A stretch of DNA of 63,051 nucleotides, filler included. It is 7 parts of 7 records of this genome, joined end to end, with 100 filler letters (N's around TTAATTAATTAA, not from the genome) between each part and the next. Parts side by side here need not be neighbours in the genome. Positions count along the whole stretch, not along the records: positions 11,140 to 29,242 come from SRR31156797_44155; 6 more parts are not named here. One strand, written 5' to 3'. The notes under the pieces are model-generated. The model searched no databases. It was not told where the DNA came from and saw only the letters and a list, made by a program, of their open reading frames with translations. Numbering within the stretch: position 1 is the first letter of the stretch; each line of letters starts with the position of its first letter. This document shows, one piece after another, positions 11,141-20,989 of the stretch. A program made the translations under genes and the position numbers.

Positions 11141-11629
11141 TTTCATATTTACTTTCCCGTATATGAAGGGGAACATGACGGGATATCTCCGGAAGAGGAG
11201 GCAGCACCTTTGGCCGGGGGGAATGAAACAATCATGTTCGTTGATGATGACATCAACATCATCGAGCTTGCCAAAAGGATACTCATGGAATACGGGTATG
11301 CGGTATATGCATTTACCAATGCGGTTCAGGCTTATCAGGAACTGCAACAGCATCCGGACAAATATGATCTCATCATCACCGACATGACAATGCCGTATAT
11401 GACCGGTGCGGATCTTGCGCGGAAGGCGCTGGAAATACGCCCGGCCCTGCCGGTCATTCTCTGTAGCGGACATAGTGAATTGATCAATCCTGAAAAGGCT
11501 TTGGCCATGGGCATCAGGGAGTATTGCGCAAAGCCGCTCAAAAAAATGATAATGTTGCGTACGGTCCGGAATGTGCTCGACAATGCTTTGGATTACAAAA
11601 ATAATGACAGGGAAGAACATGCTAAATGA
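11141..11629 (+). CDS. C-terminus of hybrid histidine kinase with receiver domain (5' truncated)
   Basis: FHIYFP end of HATPase, then FVDDD, DLIITDMTMP, CSG, AKP. Confidence 0.88.
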   Translation, partial: FHIYFPVYEGEHDGISPEEEAAPLAGGNETIMFVDDDINIIELAKRILMEYGYAVYAFTNAVQAYQELQQHPDKYDLIITDMTMPYMTGADLARKALEIRPALPVILCSGHSELINPEKALAMGIREYCAKPLKKMIMLRTVRNVLDNALDYKNNDREEHAK

Positions 11630-12893
11630 CCACATCCATAGCCTTGCAATTACCGTGGAAAAGCAAGGCCCCAATAAAATCACCAAGGCGAGCTTTCCGC
11701 TGCGATACGGGAAATACTCAGAGATAAGAACATCCGAATACGAATTTTTGTTTAATTTAAACGGTGAAATCAAATCCATACGGGGCCTCAATGTGAACTG
11801 GCCTCATCCGGCTGAACAGCTGAAACGAACGGATGGCAATGATTGGGTTTATTATACGCTCGGGGACGTCAGCGGTGAAAAAGGGATTATTTCTTGGCTT
11901 GGAGAATACTATCTGCCTTGCCTTCCATATCCCAGCAACCCGATTTGGGAGGTCAACTATTTCTCAAATCCCGTGATAATGAATGCATTTGCCGCATGGC
12001 CCCAACTTTATGGAAATCTATATGGGGCGAAAAATGATCGTTTTCGTCCTGAAGCCAAAGGATTGATTCGCAATATTTTAAATAATGATGACGGGGTTTT
12101 GTTCGAGCGTTCGAAAAAATTGAGTGCCATCATAGGAGAACGGGTGTCGGTGCTTCCCCCTGACACGCGGCATGTGGATTATGAGATCATACCCCTCACT
12201 ATTGCGGACGGATGTCTGTATCACTGCAACTTTTGTTGCGTAAAATCGACACAACCATTTCAGGCCCGGACCGAAACCGAAATAATCGAACAGGTCCGGC
12301 AGCTAAAATTATTTTACGGCAGAAACCTTGAAAACTACAATGCCCTGTTCTTGGGAAATCACGACGCACTTGCGGCAGGGGAGGAACTCATTTTAATGGC
12401 AGCTTCCGGAGCCTACGAAGAATTCGGCTTTGGAGCGCGTGCTCAAAACCCTTTGCTTTTCCTCTTTGGAAGCGTGGATTCCCTCCTTAGATCAAAAAAC
12501 CGATTGTTCGAAAAGCTCAATCATCTTCCGTTTTATACCTATATCAACATGGGGCTCGAATCCACAGACAAACCGACGCTGGAATTTATGGGTAAACCCT
12601 TGAGCGAATCCAAGGTTCGTGAAGCATTCAAGAAGATGCTTGATATCAATGCCGTTTATAAAAACATCGAGGTTACGGCCAATTTTGTCATGGGAGAAGG
12701 ATTATCTGGTGAACATTATGAATCCCTTAAAGAGCTGCTTCGAGATGCACCGGATACCGTTCGCGGCAAAGGGTCCATATACCTGTCACCCTTAAAAGAT
12801 AGCCCCAAAAAGCGGGAATTACTGCCATTGATCAATGAAATCAAAAATCAAAGTAAAATACCTGTTTACATATATTTAATTCAACGACTGTAA
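11619..12893 (+). CDS. Radical SAM protein
   Basis: CLYHCNFC CxxxCxxC motif; start overlaps upstream gene. Confidence 0.8.
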   Translation: MLNDHIHSLAITVEKQGPNKITKASFPLRYGKYSEIRTSEYEFLFNLNGEIKSIRGLNVNWPHPAEQLKRTDGNDWVYYTLGDVSGEKGIISWLGEYYLPCLPYPSNPIWEVNYFSNPVIMNAFAAWPQLYGNLYGAKNDRFRPEAKGLIRNILNNDDGVLFERSKKLSAIIGERVSVLPPDTRHVDYEIIPLTIADGCLYHCNFCCVKSTQPFQARTETEIIEQVRQLKLFYGRNLENYNALFLGNHDALAAGEELILMAASGAYEEFGFGARAQNPLLFLFGSVDSLLRSKNRLFEKLNHLPFYTYINMGLESTDKPTLEFMGKPLSESKVREAFKKMLDINAVYKNIEVTANFVMGEGLSGEHYESLKELLRDAPDTVRGKGSIYLSPLKDSPKKRELLPLINEIKNQSKIPVYIYLIQRL

Positions 12894-13113
12894 GGTTCAA
12901 AAGGATAGAATAGCACATCATGGGATAGCCGAATAATGAATAACCTTATTATCATAAGTTTTGGTATAATTTTATTGACTCCCATGATGGGATTTTTTAT
13001 AACCAAACGCTAGAAATTCAGTACTTCCATCACCTCGCCGGAAAGTGACCGTTGAAAGCTTTTGTCCGAGAGCTGACCCGCCGGGAACTGAACCTGGGAA
13101 ATCCCTGAAGGGA

Positions 13114-13824
13114 ATGGGCCGGAAAATGACGGATAGCAGCATACTACAATCGGTTGAACTGACCCGCATGAACGGCGGTTGCCAACGGGTCACCGAACAC
13201 ATCATCCGCGAGACGGCCCTGACGCTTCGCATCAACGGAAGCGTCTACGCCACGGCCATGATCATGGCCGGCATGGAGAGGGAATTCGCCCTGGGGCATC
13301 TGTACGCGCAGGGAATCATCTCAACCATCGCCCATATCACATCCCTTGAAGTCACCGGAACAACGGTGGACATCACCCTTGTTAAAGAGAAGGAAATCTT
13401 GGAAAAACCGGTGGCATCCAACCTTGTGGTTGACCGCGACCATGTGTTTACCTGCGTCAAAGCCATCCTCAAAAGCAAAGTCTTCGCTGAAACGGAAGCG
13501 GTGCATTCAGCCGGTCTCTTCCTGGAAGGAGAAAAACCCGTTGCCATCACCGAGGACCTGGGCCGGCACCACGCCCTGGATAAGGCCATCGGCGCTTCTT
13601 TGCTTGAAGGGATTGATTTAACCAGGGTCCTGGCCGCATCAACCGGGCGCCAGCCCACCGAAATGATCCATAAATGCCGCAATGCCGGCATCCCCATCAT
13701 GGCCACAAAGGGCGTACCCACGTCACTGGCGGTGACGCTGGCGGAGCAAAACGGCATCACCATCGCGGGGCTGGTGAGGGGCACAAGGATGACAATCTAT
13801 TCTCACCCGGAGCGGATACGATGA
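13114..13824 (+). CDS. fdhD: FdhD-family formate dehydrogenase accessory protein (start 13114 or 13126)
   Basis: FALGHL..GII, VHSAGL, EDLGRHHALDKAIG, TGR, YSHPERI. Confidence 0.85.
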   Translation: MGRKMTDSSILQSVELTRMNGGCQRVTEHIIRETALTLRINGSVYATAMIMAGMEREFALGHLYAQGIISTIAHITSLEVTGTTVDITLVKEKEILEKPVASNLVVDRDHVFTCVKAILKSKVFAETEAVHSAGLFLEGEKPVAITEDLGRHHALDKAIGASLLEGIDLTRVLAASTGRQPTEMIHKCRNAGIPIMATKGVPTSLAVTLAEQNGITIAGLVRGTRMTIYSHPERIR

Positions 13825-14648
13825 AGCCCCGGCCCATATCCGTTGAAATATCTTGCAGGCAGCTTCAAAACGGCCATTTTCGGGCCTCGAAACCGGCCGT
13901 TATCATTGAGTCCGAGCTGCGGATCAACCTGAATGGGAAGCACCTGGCCACCGCATCACTGCTGCCGGGGATGGAAGAAGAATTCGTGACCGGATACCTC
14001 TTCGGCCAGGGCTTTATCAAAACACCCGAAGATATTTCATCCATTGTGGTTGCGGATTCATGCGCAGAGGTAACCCTTGTGAACACCACGGATCCTTTTC
14101 CCGCGGATACCAGCTACCGAATCGTCTCCGGAGGCGGACGGTCCGCTTATGCAGGGGATCACCTGCCGCAAATTTCGTCCCCGCTCACACTTACAAAGGA
14201 TACGGTTTTTAAAGCCATGAACCGGCTGTTTGATATGGGTACCGTGTACAAAGAAACGGAAGGGGCCCATGCAGCCGGTATTTTCAATGGGGCAGCCGAA
14301 CCCGTGTGCATCATTGAAGACATCGGGCGGCATAACTGCCTGGACAAGGCCATCGGGTACGCACTTCTTCGAAACATCCCTTGCAACCGCCATTTTATTG
14401 TCTCCACCGGGCGCATGGCCTCCGAAATGGTGGCCAAACTTTGCCGGGCCGGTTTTCCCGTGGCCGCCACCAAAACCGCCGTGACGGACAGGGGGCGGGA
14501 GACGGCGCTTGCCTGCGGCATGACCCTCATCGGCTTTGTCCGCGATACCGGCATGAAAATTCATACGGACATGGCGGTACGCATCATCAAGGAGCCTCTC
14601 ATGAAAATCTACTCCGGCACCGAACGGATCACCCGCCCGTGTTCGTAA
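13821..14648 (+). CDS. fdhD: Second FdhD-family protein
   Basis: ATGA overlap; GYLFGQG, AHAAG, EDIGRHNCLDKAIG, STGRMASEMV, LIGFVR. Confidence 0.85.
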   Translation: MKPRPISVEISCRQLQNGHFRASKPAVIIESELRINLNGKHLATASLLPGMEEEFVTGYLFGQGFIKTPEDISSIVVADSCAEVTLVNTTDPFPADTSYRIVSGGGRSAYAGDHLPQISSPLTLTKDTVFKAMNRLFDMGTVYKETEGAHAAGIFNGAAEPVCIIEDIGRHNCLDKAIGYALLRNIPCNRHFIVSTGRMASEMVAKLCRAGFPVAATKTAVTDRGRETALACGMTLIGFVRDTGMKIHTDMAVRIIKEPLMKIYSGTERITRPCS

Positions 14649-14739
14649 ATTGAACCATTCCCAATACTGCTCCTGCATTTTGGCGATAAACAGCTTCAAA
14701 TGAAAGGGGATAAGATTGCCTTACGGATTCCGGGAAGTT

Positions 14740-16392
14740 TCATCTATCTTCGGTAAACGGACTTCCCGCTTGATACAACAACAACCGCTGTTCCAGTTCT
14801 TCGGCCAGTTCCGCATCTGATGCCGCCCGGGCCAGCTCAAGACCTTCCCGGGCGGTCTCAACAGCCGCTTTATAGCGGCCGGACTGGGCATAGGCCGCTG
14901 CCAGGGTGTCAAGGTATTCCGGATTTTTGCGACCCTCTCCCTCGCAGGCAACCTGGGCCCACCGCAGGGCTTCGGTGCCATTGCGGTTCTCCTTGTTTTT
15001 GTCCGTGGCGAGGACCCAGGCCAGGGAATTGGCGGCTGTTGCCCAGTTGGGTTTCACATTCAGGATGTTGCGATATTCCCGTATGGCACGGTCTGTCTTC
15101 CCGAGGCTCCATAAGGCCAGCCCCAGATTGTACCGGGCGTTGATATGTTCCGGATAAATATCCAACGCCTTTTCAAGGGCCTTTTCAGCTCCCTTATAAT
15201 CACCCAACTCCAGCAGGGTCACCCCCAGATTATTGTAAACATTTGCATTGTCCGGATGAAAATGGAGGGCCTTGAGAAACATTTTTCTAGCCCCCGGCAA
15301 ATCGCCCTCACGTCTTGAAATAACCCCCAATTGAAAATAAGCTTCGTCACTTTTAGGGTCCAGATCCATGGCTTTCTGGAAAAACCGGCGCGATTTTTTC
15401 AACTGGCTGGTCATGAAACAGAGCCGACCCAGGGCAAGGTGCGTTTGCGGATTTCGGGGATTCAGATCCCTGGCGCGGCCAAAAAACCGGGAGGCCTTAA
15501 TAATGTCAAGCTGCGTAACGGCTTTGGACCCTAAAACCAGAAGTTGCTCCTCATCAAAACACAAGTCATTGAGGGAATCGATCCAGGGATCGGGGGCGGG
15601 ACGGAACCGTGTACATTGGGCCGCTCGATCAAGTGACTGTTTCATATCTTCCAAACGGCCAAAATGCTCATGGACCGTGGCCAGCAAACGGTGGGCAGGC
15701 CCGAAGCCCGGGTTTTTCCGGACGGCCTGATTTAGATATGCCTGGGCGCTTTCCCATTCAGACGCGTCCATGGCAATACGGGCCAGCCCCAGCAATGCGT
15801 AGGGGTCTCCCGGCACAAGGGCCAGGCGGCGCTGGTAATAGTTTAAGGCTTTGGGGGTTTCACCGGTTTTGAAATGGCTGTCCGCCAGTTTGAGTATGGC
15901 CGGTGCGTAACGGGGGGCCAGGGTTATGGTCTTTTCAAGCAAATCTTGAACGGAAGCGTTCTCACCTTTTTCCTGTTGGATAAAGGCCAGATAATAGGGC
16001 CATCGGGGATTATCCCCATCAAAATCCAAAGCCATCCTGTAACAGGGAACCGCCTGGTCGTAGAAATGATTTGCCTGGTAGAGGTTCCCCAGTTCACCCG
16101 CCTTTCTGCCGAATCCGCCATTCGACCCTTTACGCGCCAGTATGTCCTTTAACGCATCATGGGCCCGGCGCATTTTTTCTTCCAGAATCCGGTTACTGAA
16201 GGAGAGGCTGCCCGGCGCGGGGGCACGCTCAAGAAGGGCATTTTGTCTTGCCCTGTCCATGAACACCATCGTTCCCACCACAATAAGTGCCGCCATGATA
16301 ACAAGAGCCATGGGCAACCGGAACCGTTTCAGGCCACGCCAAACGGACGGAGAACAATCCTTCCCTTTGTCTTTTCCTTTTTTAATGGACAC
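14740..16392 (-). CDS. Membrane-anchored TPR protein
   Basis: N-terminal TM, many TPRs, C-terminal NSLAWVLAT...LDTLAAAYA. Confidence 0.85.
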   Translation of the reverse strand: MSIKKGKDKGKDCSPSVWRGLKRFRLPMALVIMAALIVVGTMVFMDRARQNALLERAPAPGSLSFSNRILEEKMRRAHDALKDILARKGSNGGFGRKAGELGNLYQANHFYDQAVPCYRMALDFDGDNPRWPYYLAFIQQEKGENASVQDLLEKTITLAPRYAPAILKLADSHFKTGETPKALNYYQRRLALVPGDPYALLGLARIAMDASEWESAQAYLNQAVRKNPGFGPAHRLLATVHEHFGRLEDMKQSLDRAAQCTRFRPAPDPWIDSLNDLCFDEEQLLVLGSKAVTQLDIIKASRFFGRARDLNPRNPQTHLALGRLCFMTSQLKKSRRFFQKAMDLDPKSDEAYFQLGVISRREGDLPGARKMFLKALHFHPDNANVYNNLGVTLLELGDYKGAEKALEKALDIYPEHINARYNLGLALWSLGKTDRAIREYRNILNVKPNWATAANSLAWVLATDKNKENRNGTEALRWAQVACEGEGRKNPEYLDTLAAAYAQSGRYKAAVETAREGLELARAASDAELAEELEQRLLLYQAGSPFTEDR

Positions 16393-16413
16393 TATCCGAT
16401 GACCTTAATCGTC

Positions 16414-17793
16414 CTATTTTTTTTCGGCATCAGTTTTTCGGTTCGGCCAGTTATTTTTCCACAGGAGAACCCGGCTCATTCGATCAAAGGGAGGATAGGC
16501 ATGCATTCCGCCGGTCACAAAATCGACCCATCCGTCTCCATCCATATCAGCGGTGTCCAGTACCAGCAGGTGGGTCGGTTTTGAAGCAAGGTCATGGGGG
16601 ATGAAAGCCATTTTACCGTCGTTTTCGAACCAGATCATGGATTGCGCTGTGGGGTCATTCCATTTATTAAAAGCGCTGACCACCCCCACATCCAGGTCGC
16701 CATCCTTGTCCACATCCACGGCATTGGCAAAATAAGCCCCTGGAAAATCTCCGATCCTGTGGTAATCAAATTTCAGGCCGCCTTTGTTCTCAAGCCACTG
16801 AACACCGTGCCAGGGCCGGGGTCCTGGCGGAATATAATCAAAGGCATCGCCGTTGGTGTAAAGGATGTCCAAATCACCATCTTTGTCCAGATCCACCATG
16901 GAGATACCGCTGCTTCCGAAATCTTCGTTCATGGAGCCGTAAATCATTCTCGGCTCAAATTTCCCGGTTCCGTTGTTGATAAAGACATATATCTCTTCCC
17001 ATTCCTGGGAAACCAGCGCCACAATATCAAGATCTCCGTCCCCATCCATATCGCAGACCGGGGTGTGGATGGTACCGGAAAGGTTCAGCAGATTGTGGCT
17101 TTTAAACTGCCAGTTCCCCTTGTTCTCCATCCAGCGGATCTCCCCGTCATCGTAACCGAATTGCCCCACGGCCAGATCAATATCACCGTCACCGTCCAAA
17201 TCGCCGGGTTCAACATCGGTGACCCGGGCGATACCGTCCGCCAGGACCCGGTTTTCAAACCGGCCACCGCCCTTGTTTTCGAGAAGTACAACCGCTCCGA
17301 TTTTGTCATTGTTGGGAAATATCATCCCCATTTTGGCGACCAGAAGATCCAGATCCCCGTCTTCATCCATATCAAAGGGGGTAACGTGTGCCGGCCCGCG
17401 CACCTGGGAACCGATTTTCTTTTCGTGATATTGGCCTGTGGAATCCTGCCTTATCCAGGAGATCCGGTTCCGTTTGGCATCGCATAGTACAATATCTTTC
17501 AGGCCATCCTGATCAAGGTCCACCACTTTTAAATGCGTAATCCAGGGCTTTGTATCCCCCATGGGGTCCCCGATGGCTCTGCTTTCGAGAAAATCGATTT
17601 TTTCCCCGGGCAACGGAGCATCCGATAACGCCTGAGGCTTTTCACTGCCGGTCTTGGACATTGCCCGTTTGAGGTATTGCATCACGGATTGGCCGGTCCG
17701 CCCGGCTTCGTGAGTAACAAGAGCCAGGGGAATACCGATCAGAATTGCCAATAATGCCAGAAGCGAGATAACGGTTGATTTTTTGAGTCGCAT
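16414..17793 (-). CDS. FG-GAP/VCBS repeat protein
   Basis: Repeated DxDxDGDLD Ca-binding motifs; N-terminal anchor. Confidence 0.88.
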   Translation of the reverse strand: MRLKKSTVISLLALLAILIGIPLALVTHEAGRTGQSVMQYLKRAMSKTGSEKPQALSDAPLPGEKIDFLESRAIGDPMGDTKPWITHLKVVDLDQDGLKDIVLCDAKRNRISWIRQDSTGQYHEKKIGSQVRGPAHVTPFDMDEDGDLDLLVAKMGMIFPNNDKIGAVVLLENKGGGRFENRVLADGIARVTDVEPGDLDGDGDIDLAVGQFGYDDGEIRWMENKGNWQFKSHNLLNLSGTIHTPVCDMDGDGDLDIVALVSQEWEEIYVFINNGTGKFEPRMIYGSMNEDFGSSGISMVDLDKDGDLDILYTNGDAFDYIPPGPRPWHGVQWLENKGGLKFDYHRIGDFPGAYFANAVDVDKDGDLDVGVVSAFNKWNDPTAQSMIWFENDGKMAFIPHDLASKPTHLLVLDTADMDGDGWVDFVTGGMHAYPPFDRMSRVLLWKNNWPNRKTDAEKK

Positions 17794-17808
17794 TTTTTGT
17801 CAGCTCTC

Positions 17809-19770
17809 TCAGTAATGGGTCAGATAGAACAGCATACCGGCAGCGAGGAGCACGAGGATGACAGCGGTCGGTGCAAATCCCTTTAAAACCCTATTTTTCC
17901 TATCAATTTCACTATGCCACAGTCCATACCCCTTTTTCAAGCTGAGACTAACCCCGATCAAAATCAATGCAGCCTGAATCCACGGTATGCCGCTCGGCCA
18001 GATCTGAATCCATGGCATACCGGCCGTACCGAGCAGGTCCCAGCCCCACCCGAAAGGATCCGAAAGGCTCAGCAGAATAAAGGTCATATTGGCCATAATG
18101 GTTTCAACAAAAAAGACCGCCCAAAGGGCCAATCCAAAAGGTAAGAGTGCCGGCAGGGTATTTCTTAATATCGTCCCAACCGATGCATTGAAAATGCCCT
18201 TCTCTTCACTTACCACCTCTTTTGAAAACCACAGGCCCAGTCCACACATGAGCCAGAAAATCAAAGGGGCAATGCCTAATGCAACAGCACTGAGCGCAAC
18301 AAAAAAGAGCCCAAACTCAAAAAGAGAGGCTTTGTCCACAATGTTCACCATATTCCGCATAAAGGGCCAGGGCGAATGAAGGGTCACGGAGTAAGCGATG
18401 GCCAGAACCAGCAAAGCGATGGCCTGCCACGCTTCCCCATAGGACTTGAAGGATTCTCTCCAGGCCCCTTTCCGCCAGGCAAGGGAAACATTATCGCCGG
18501 GGCAACTCTTGAAACACTCCATACACATGCCGCAGTCTGCGTTTCGGTCCATTTGTGGGACCAGCAGGCCGTAAGGGCAGGCCCAGCCTCCGGCATTCCC
18601 CTTAAAACACGGCTTTTCCCTGCAGTTTTTACAGACTTCGGAATTTCTCTTTCTCACCATGAGCGGCGCCAGGGCGCTATAGGCCGAAATAAACGCAGCC
18701 ACAGGACAGACATATCTGCAAAAGGCGCGAAGTTCCCACACCAATGACATGAGAACTGCGGCGGAAACCATTACCATCAGCATGATTGCAGTCCACTTGG
18801 GCTGGGCGGCCAGAGACGCGCTTAATGCGCCGATGACGAGAAACGCCCCCAATCTTATCCACGGACCGTTTAAAGCCCTGGGCCAGGGCCTGACCCATCC
18901 GAAAAAACGATTTTTAAAACGGCCTCGCTTCCCTGCCCGAACCTCGGTGGTCGCTCCGCGCTGGAGGTATTCACCCATCACCGGCAAAGGGCAGATCATA
19001 CACCAGATCCTTCCGCCCAGGGGGACCAGCAAAAGGGCAAGCATGGATATCCATACTATCCAGGTGAGCATCACGGCCAGATTGCGCCCCCCCACTTTTG
19101 TACCGAAAAAACCGGCAAGGACGATCACCATAAGACCGGCCAGCACGGGCAGGGTACACGTAAACTGAAGGGGTCTCCACTTAAGGAGCCGGTCGAGCAC
19201 CCCAAACCGTTTATTCAGATCTGTTGGGGGGGGCACAGCAGTCCGGAACCCGTCTTCTTCCCATTTGACCTTGAAAAAGCCGATCAGAACCATGGCCAGC
19301 AGAAGCCCAAGGCTCCCTGACTGCAGCCAGTTGGGGCGGATGATGAGATCCCCCTGCTCAAACCCATGCATGGGACCGCAATAGACATGGCAGCGAAACC
19401 TGGACGTGGATACCAGACTGCCCCAGAATCCCTCAAGACCCGCTTTCAAATGAACTTCGGACTCATATGAAGGGGGTCTTTCGGGGACGAGCGGGTCGCG
19501 CACCTCGACCGTTTCGCTGGCAGGGGTGATTTTTACATCAATTCCGTAATCCTGAAGGAAAAAACTGTGGCCCGTATCCCGGGTTCTAAAGGTCATGATC
19601 AGATGGTCGCCCCGGTTGGCCCGGATGACCGCCGGTTCAGTTCCGTAGCGGAACGCTTCCATGTGTATTTTTCGGGTGGCGGGAGGGGGGGTGGTGACCC
19701 ATTCGGCAAATAGGGATGTACCCATGCAGCCAAGAACAATTAAGGCATATATTAATTTGCGGCTTCTCAT
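17809..19770 (-). CDS. Cupredoxin(CuA-like)-fused 4Fe-4S membrane protein (NapH/NosR/YccM-like)
   Basis: N-terminal GHSF...CHVYCGPMH; WCMICP, FCRYVCP, CKNC, CPYG, CGMCMECFKSCP; multiple TMs. Confidence 0.8.
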   Translation of the reverse strand: MRSRKLIYALIVLGCMGTSLFAEWVTTPPPATRKIHMEAFRYGTEPAVIRANRGDHLIMTFRTRDTGHSFFLQDYGIDVKITPASETVEVRDPLVPERPPSYESEVHLKAGLEGFWGSLVSTSRFRCHVYCGPMHGFEQGDLIIRPNWLQSGSLGLLLAMVLIGFFKVKWEEDGFRTAVPPPTDLNKRFGVLDRLLKWRPLQFTCTLPVLAGLMVIVLAGFFGTKVGGRNLAVMLTWIVWISMLALLLVPLGGRIWCMICPLPVMGEYLQRGATTEVRAGKRGRFKNRFFGWVRPWPRALNGPWIRLGAFLVIGALSASLAAQPKWTAIMLMVMVSAAVLMSLVWELRAFCRYVCPVAAFISAYSALAPLMVRKRNSEVCKNCREKPCFKGNAGGWACPYGLLVPQMDRNADCGMCMECFKSCPGDNVSLAWRKGAWRESFKSYGEAWQAIALLVLAIAYSVTLHSPWPFMRNMVNIVDKASLFEFGLFFVALSAVALGIAPLIFWLMCGLGLWFSKEVVSEEKGIFNASVGTILRNTLPALLPFGLALWAVFFVETIMANMTFILLSLSDPFGWGWDLLGTAGMPWIQIWPSGIPWIQAALILIGVSLSLKKGYGLWHSEIDRKNRVLKGFAPTAVILVLLAAGMLFYLTHY

Positions 19771-20981
19771 ATGGAAAGCCTGTTCAAAACCCAGGCATAT
19801 TCATCTGCGATACTCTCCGTCAGGTTTTTCCGCTTGAGGTGTTCAGGGAGCACATCAAAGGTATAGGTTTCAATTTCATAATGGGTACATCCGGTTCCGG
19901 CGGCGACACGAAAAAAGTCTTTACTCAGATCACTTCTGGTGGAACCCAGTTCATGATCACCGGTGAAATAGAGGGGCACATGGAAATGAATACGCCACTG
20001 ATCAAAGTTCTGACTCAGAATATCCTTGTGGGACAGGGCCAGGGGCAGATCTTCATAGGAGCGAATCTCACCATCCACCGTGCGCGCCTTGACCTGGTGC
20101 AGGTAAACCGGATCGCAGAAATCTTCGAGCTTTTTGAGGCTGTTCTTCAAAAAAGGAATTTTGAGGGCTGCGCTTATCTGGATTTTCGACAGGCGGATAT
20201 TGTGTGCCGCCAGTCGTAACATACTCTCCCCGGGGTCTTCAAATTGCAGGGACATATGGCAGGTATCAAAACAAACGCCTAGATGCCGCACGATCATTTC
20301 ATGGGCTTCTTGTTCTGAAGTACCGGTCAATTGGGCAAGATATCCCTTCCCCTCCCCGGGCAGCTCCCGGGTAAAGAAATCAAGCGTTTCATCCGTGGTT
20401 TCTAAAAAACAGTCCGGCTCGGGCTCCAGTCCCAGGTGGATCTCCTTACCGGTCTTATGGCGGATTTGGGCCAGATGCGCCACACAACGCATGAGATTCC
20501 GGATCATTTCGGTTCGATCCGATAATTCATGGACCCATTCCTTATAAGATCCCGGCACCGTGCTGATGCTTCCGGAAAGCGTTTCCGGCAGAAGGCTTGA
20601 AAGTATCTCCGCCAGCAAAATGGTGTAATTGAGCCGTTTTGGATTCCGCCAGTCGGGAGAATAGACGCGTTTTTTTACCGGAACCTTATGAAATTCACCA
20701 TGGGGAAAGCCGTTTATGGTAAAAACATAGAGGCCATTGGTTTCAAGAAACGTCTTGAACTGATGTAATGCGTTGGGATTAAAAAGTTGATCCGCCGCCG
20801 TGCGCCCCAACCTAAGGCCCAGACCGAAAGGCGACTTTGGAGCAACCCCATTGCGAATTTCCAGGGTCACGGTTCTGATGGCGTCAAAGTTCTCATCCCA
20901 GGTTTCTCCGGAATGGACATTGAGGCAGTAGGTCAAATGCCGGGAAGGATTTTTTCCAATTTTCAATATGGAAACCCCCAC
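19767..20981 (-). CDS. eboE: EboE-like TIM-barrel protein
   Basis: HLTYCLNVH, FTINGFP.GEFH, VKKRVYSPDW, LEPEPDC, DTCH, YLHQV, WRIHFHVP, EIETYTF. Confidence 0.88.
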   Translation of the reverse strand: MGVSILKIGKNPSRHLTYCLNVHSGETWDENFDAIRTVTLEIRNGVAPKSPFGLGLRLGRTAADQLFNPNALHQFKTFLETNGLYVFTINGFPHGEFHKVPVKKRVYSPDWRNPKRLNYTILLAEILSSLLPETLSGSISTVPGSYKEWVHELSDRTEMIRNLMRCVAHLAQIRHKTGKEIHLGLEPEPDCFLETTDETLDFFTRELPGEGKGYLAQLTGTSEQEAHEMIVRHLGVCFDTCHMSLQFEDPGESMLRLAAHNIRLSKIQISAALKIPFLKNSLKKLEDFCDPVYLHQVKARTVDGEIRSYEDLPLALSHKDILSQNFDQWRIHFHVPLYFTGDHELGSTRSDLSKDFFRVAAGTGCTHYEIETYTFDVLPEHLKRKNLTESIADEYAWVLNRLSI

Positions 20982-20989
20982 GAAAACCG

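Noticed and set aside
13045-13125. Moco/tungsten riboswitch before fdhD
   Set aside because: Only a CCGAG fragment resembles it; I could not find the remaining conserved elements. An Rfam scan would decide.
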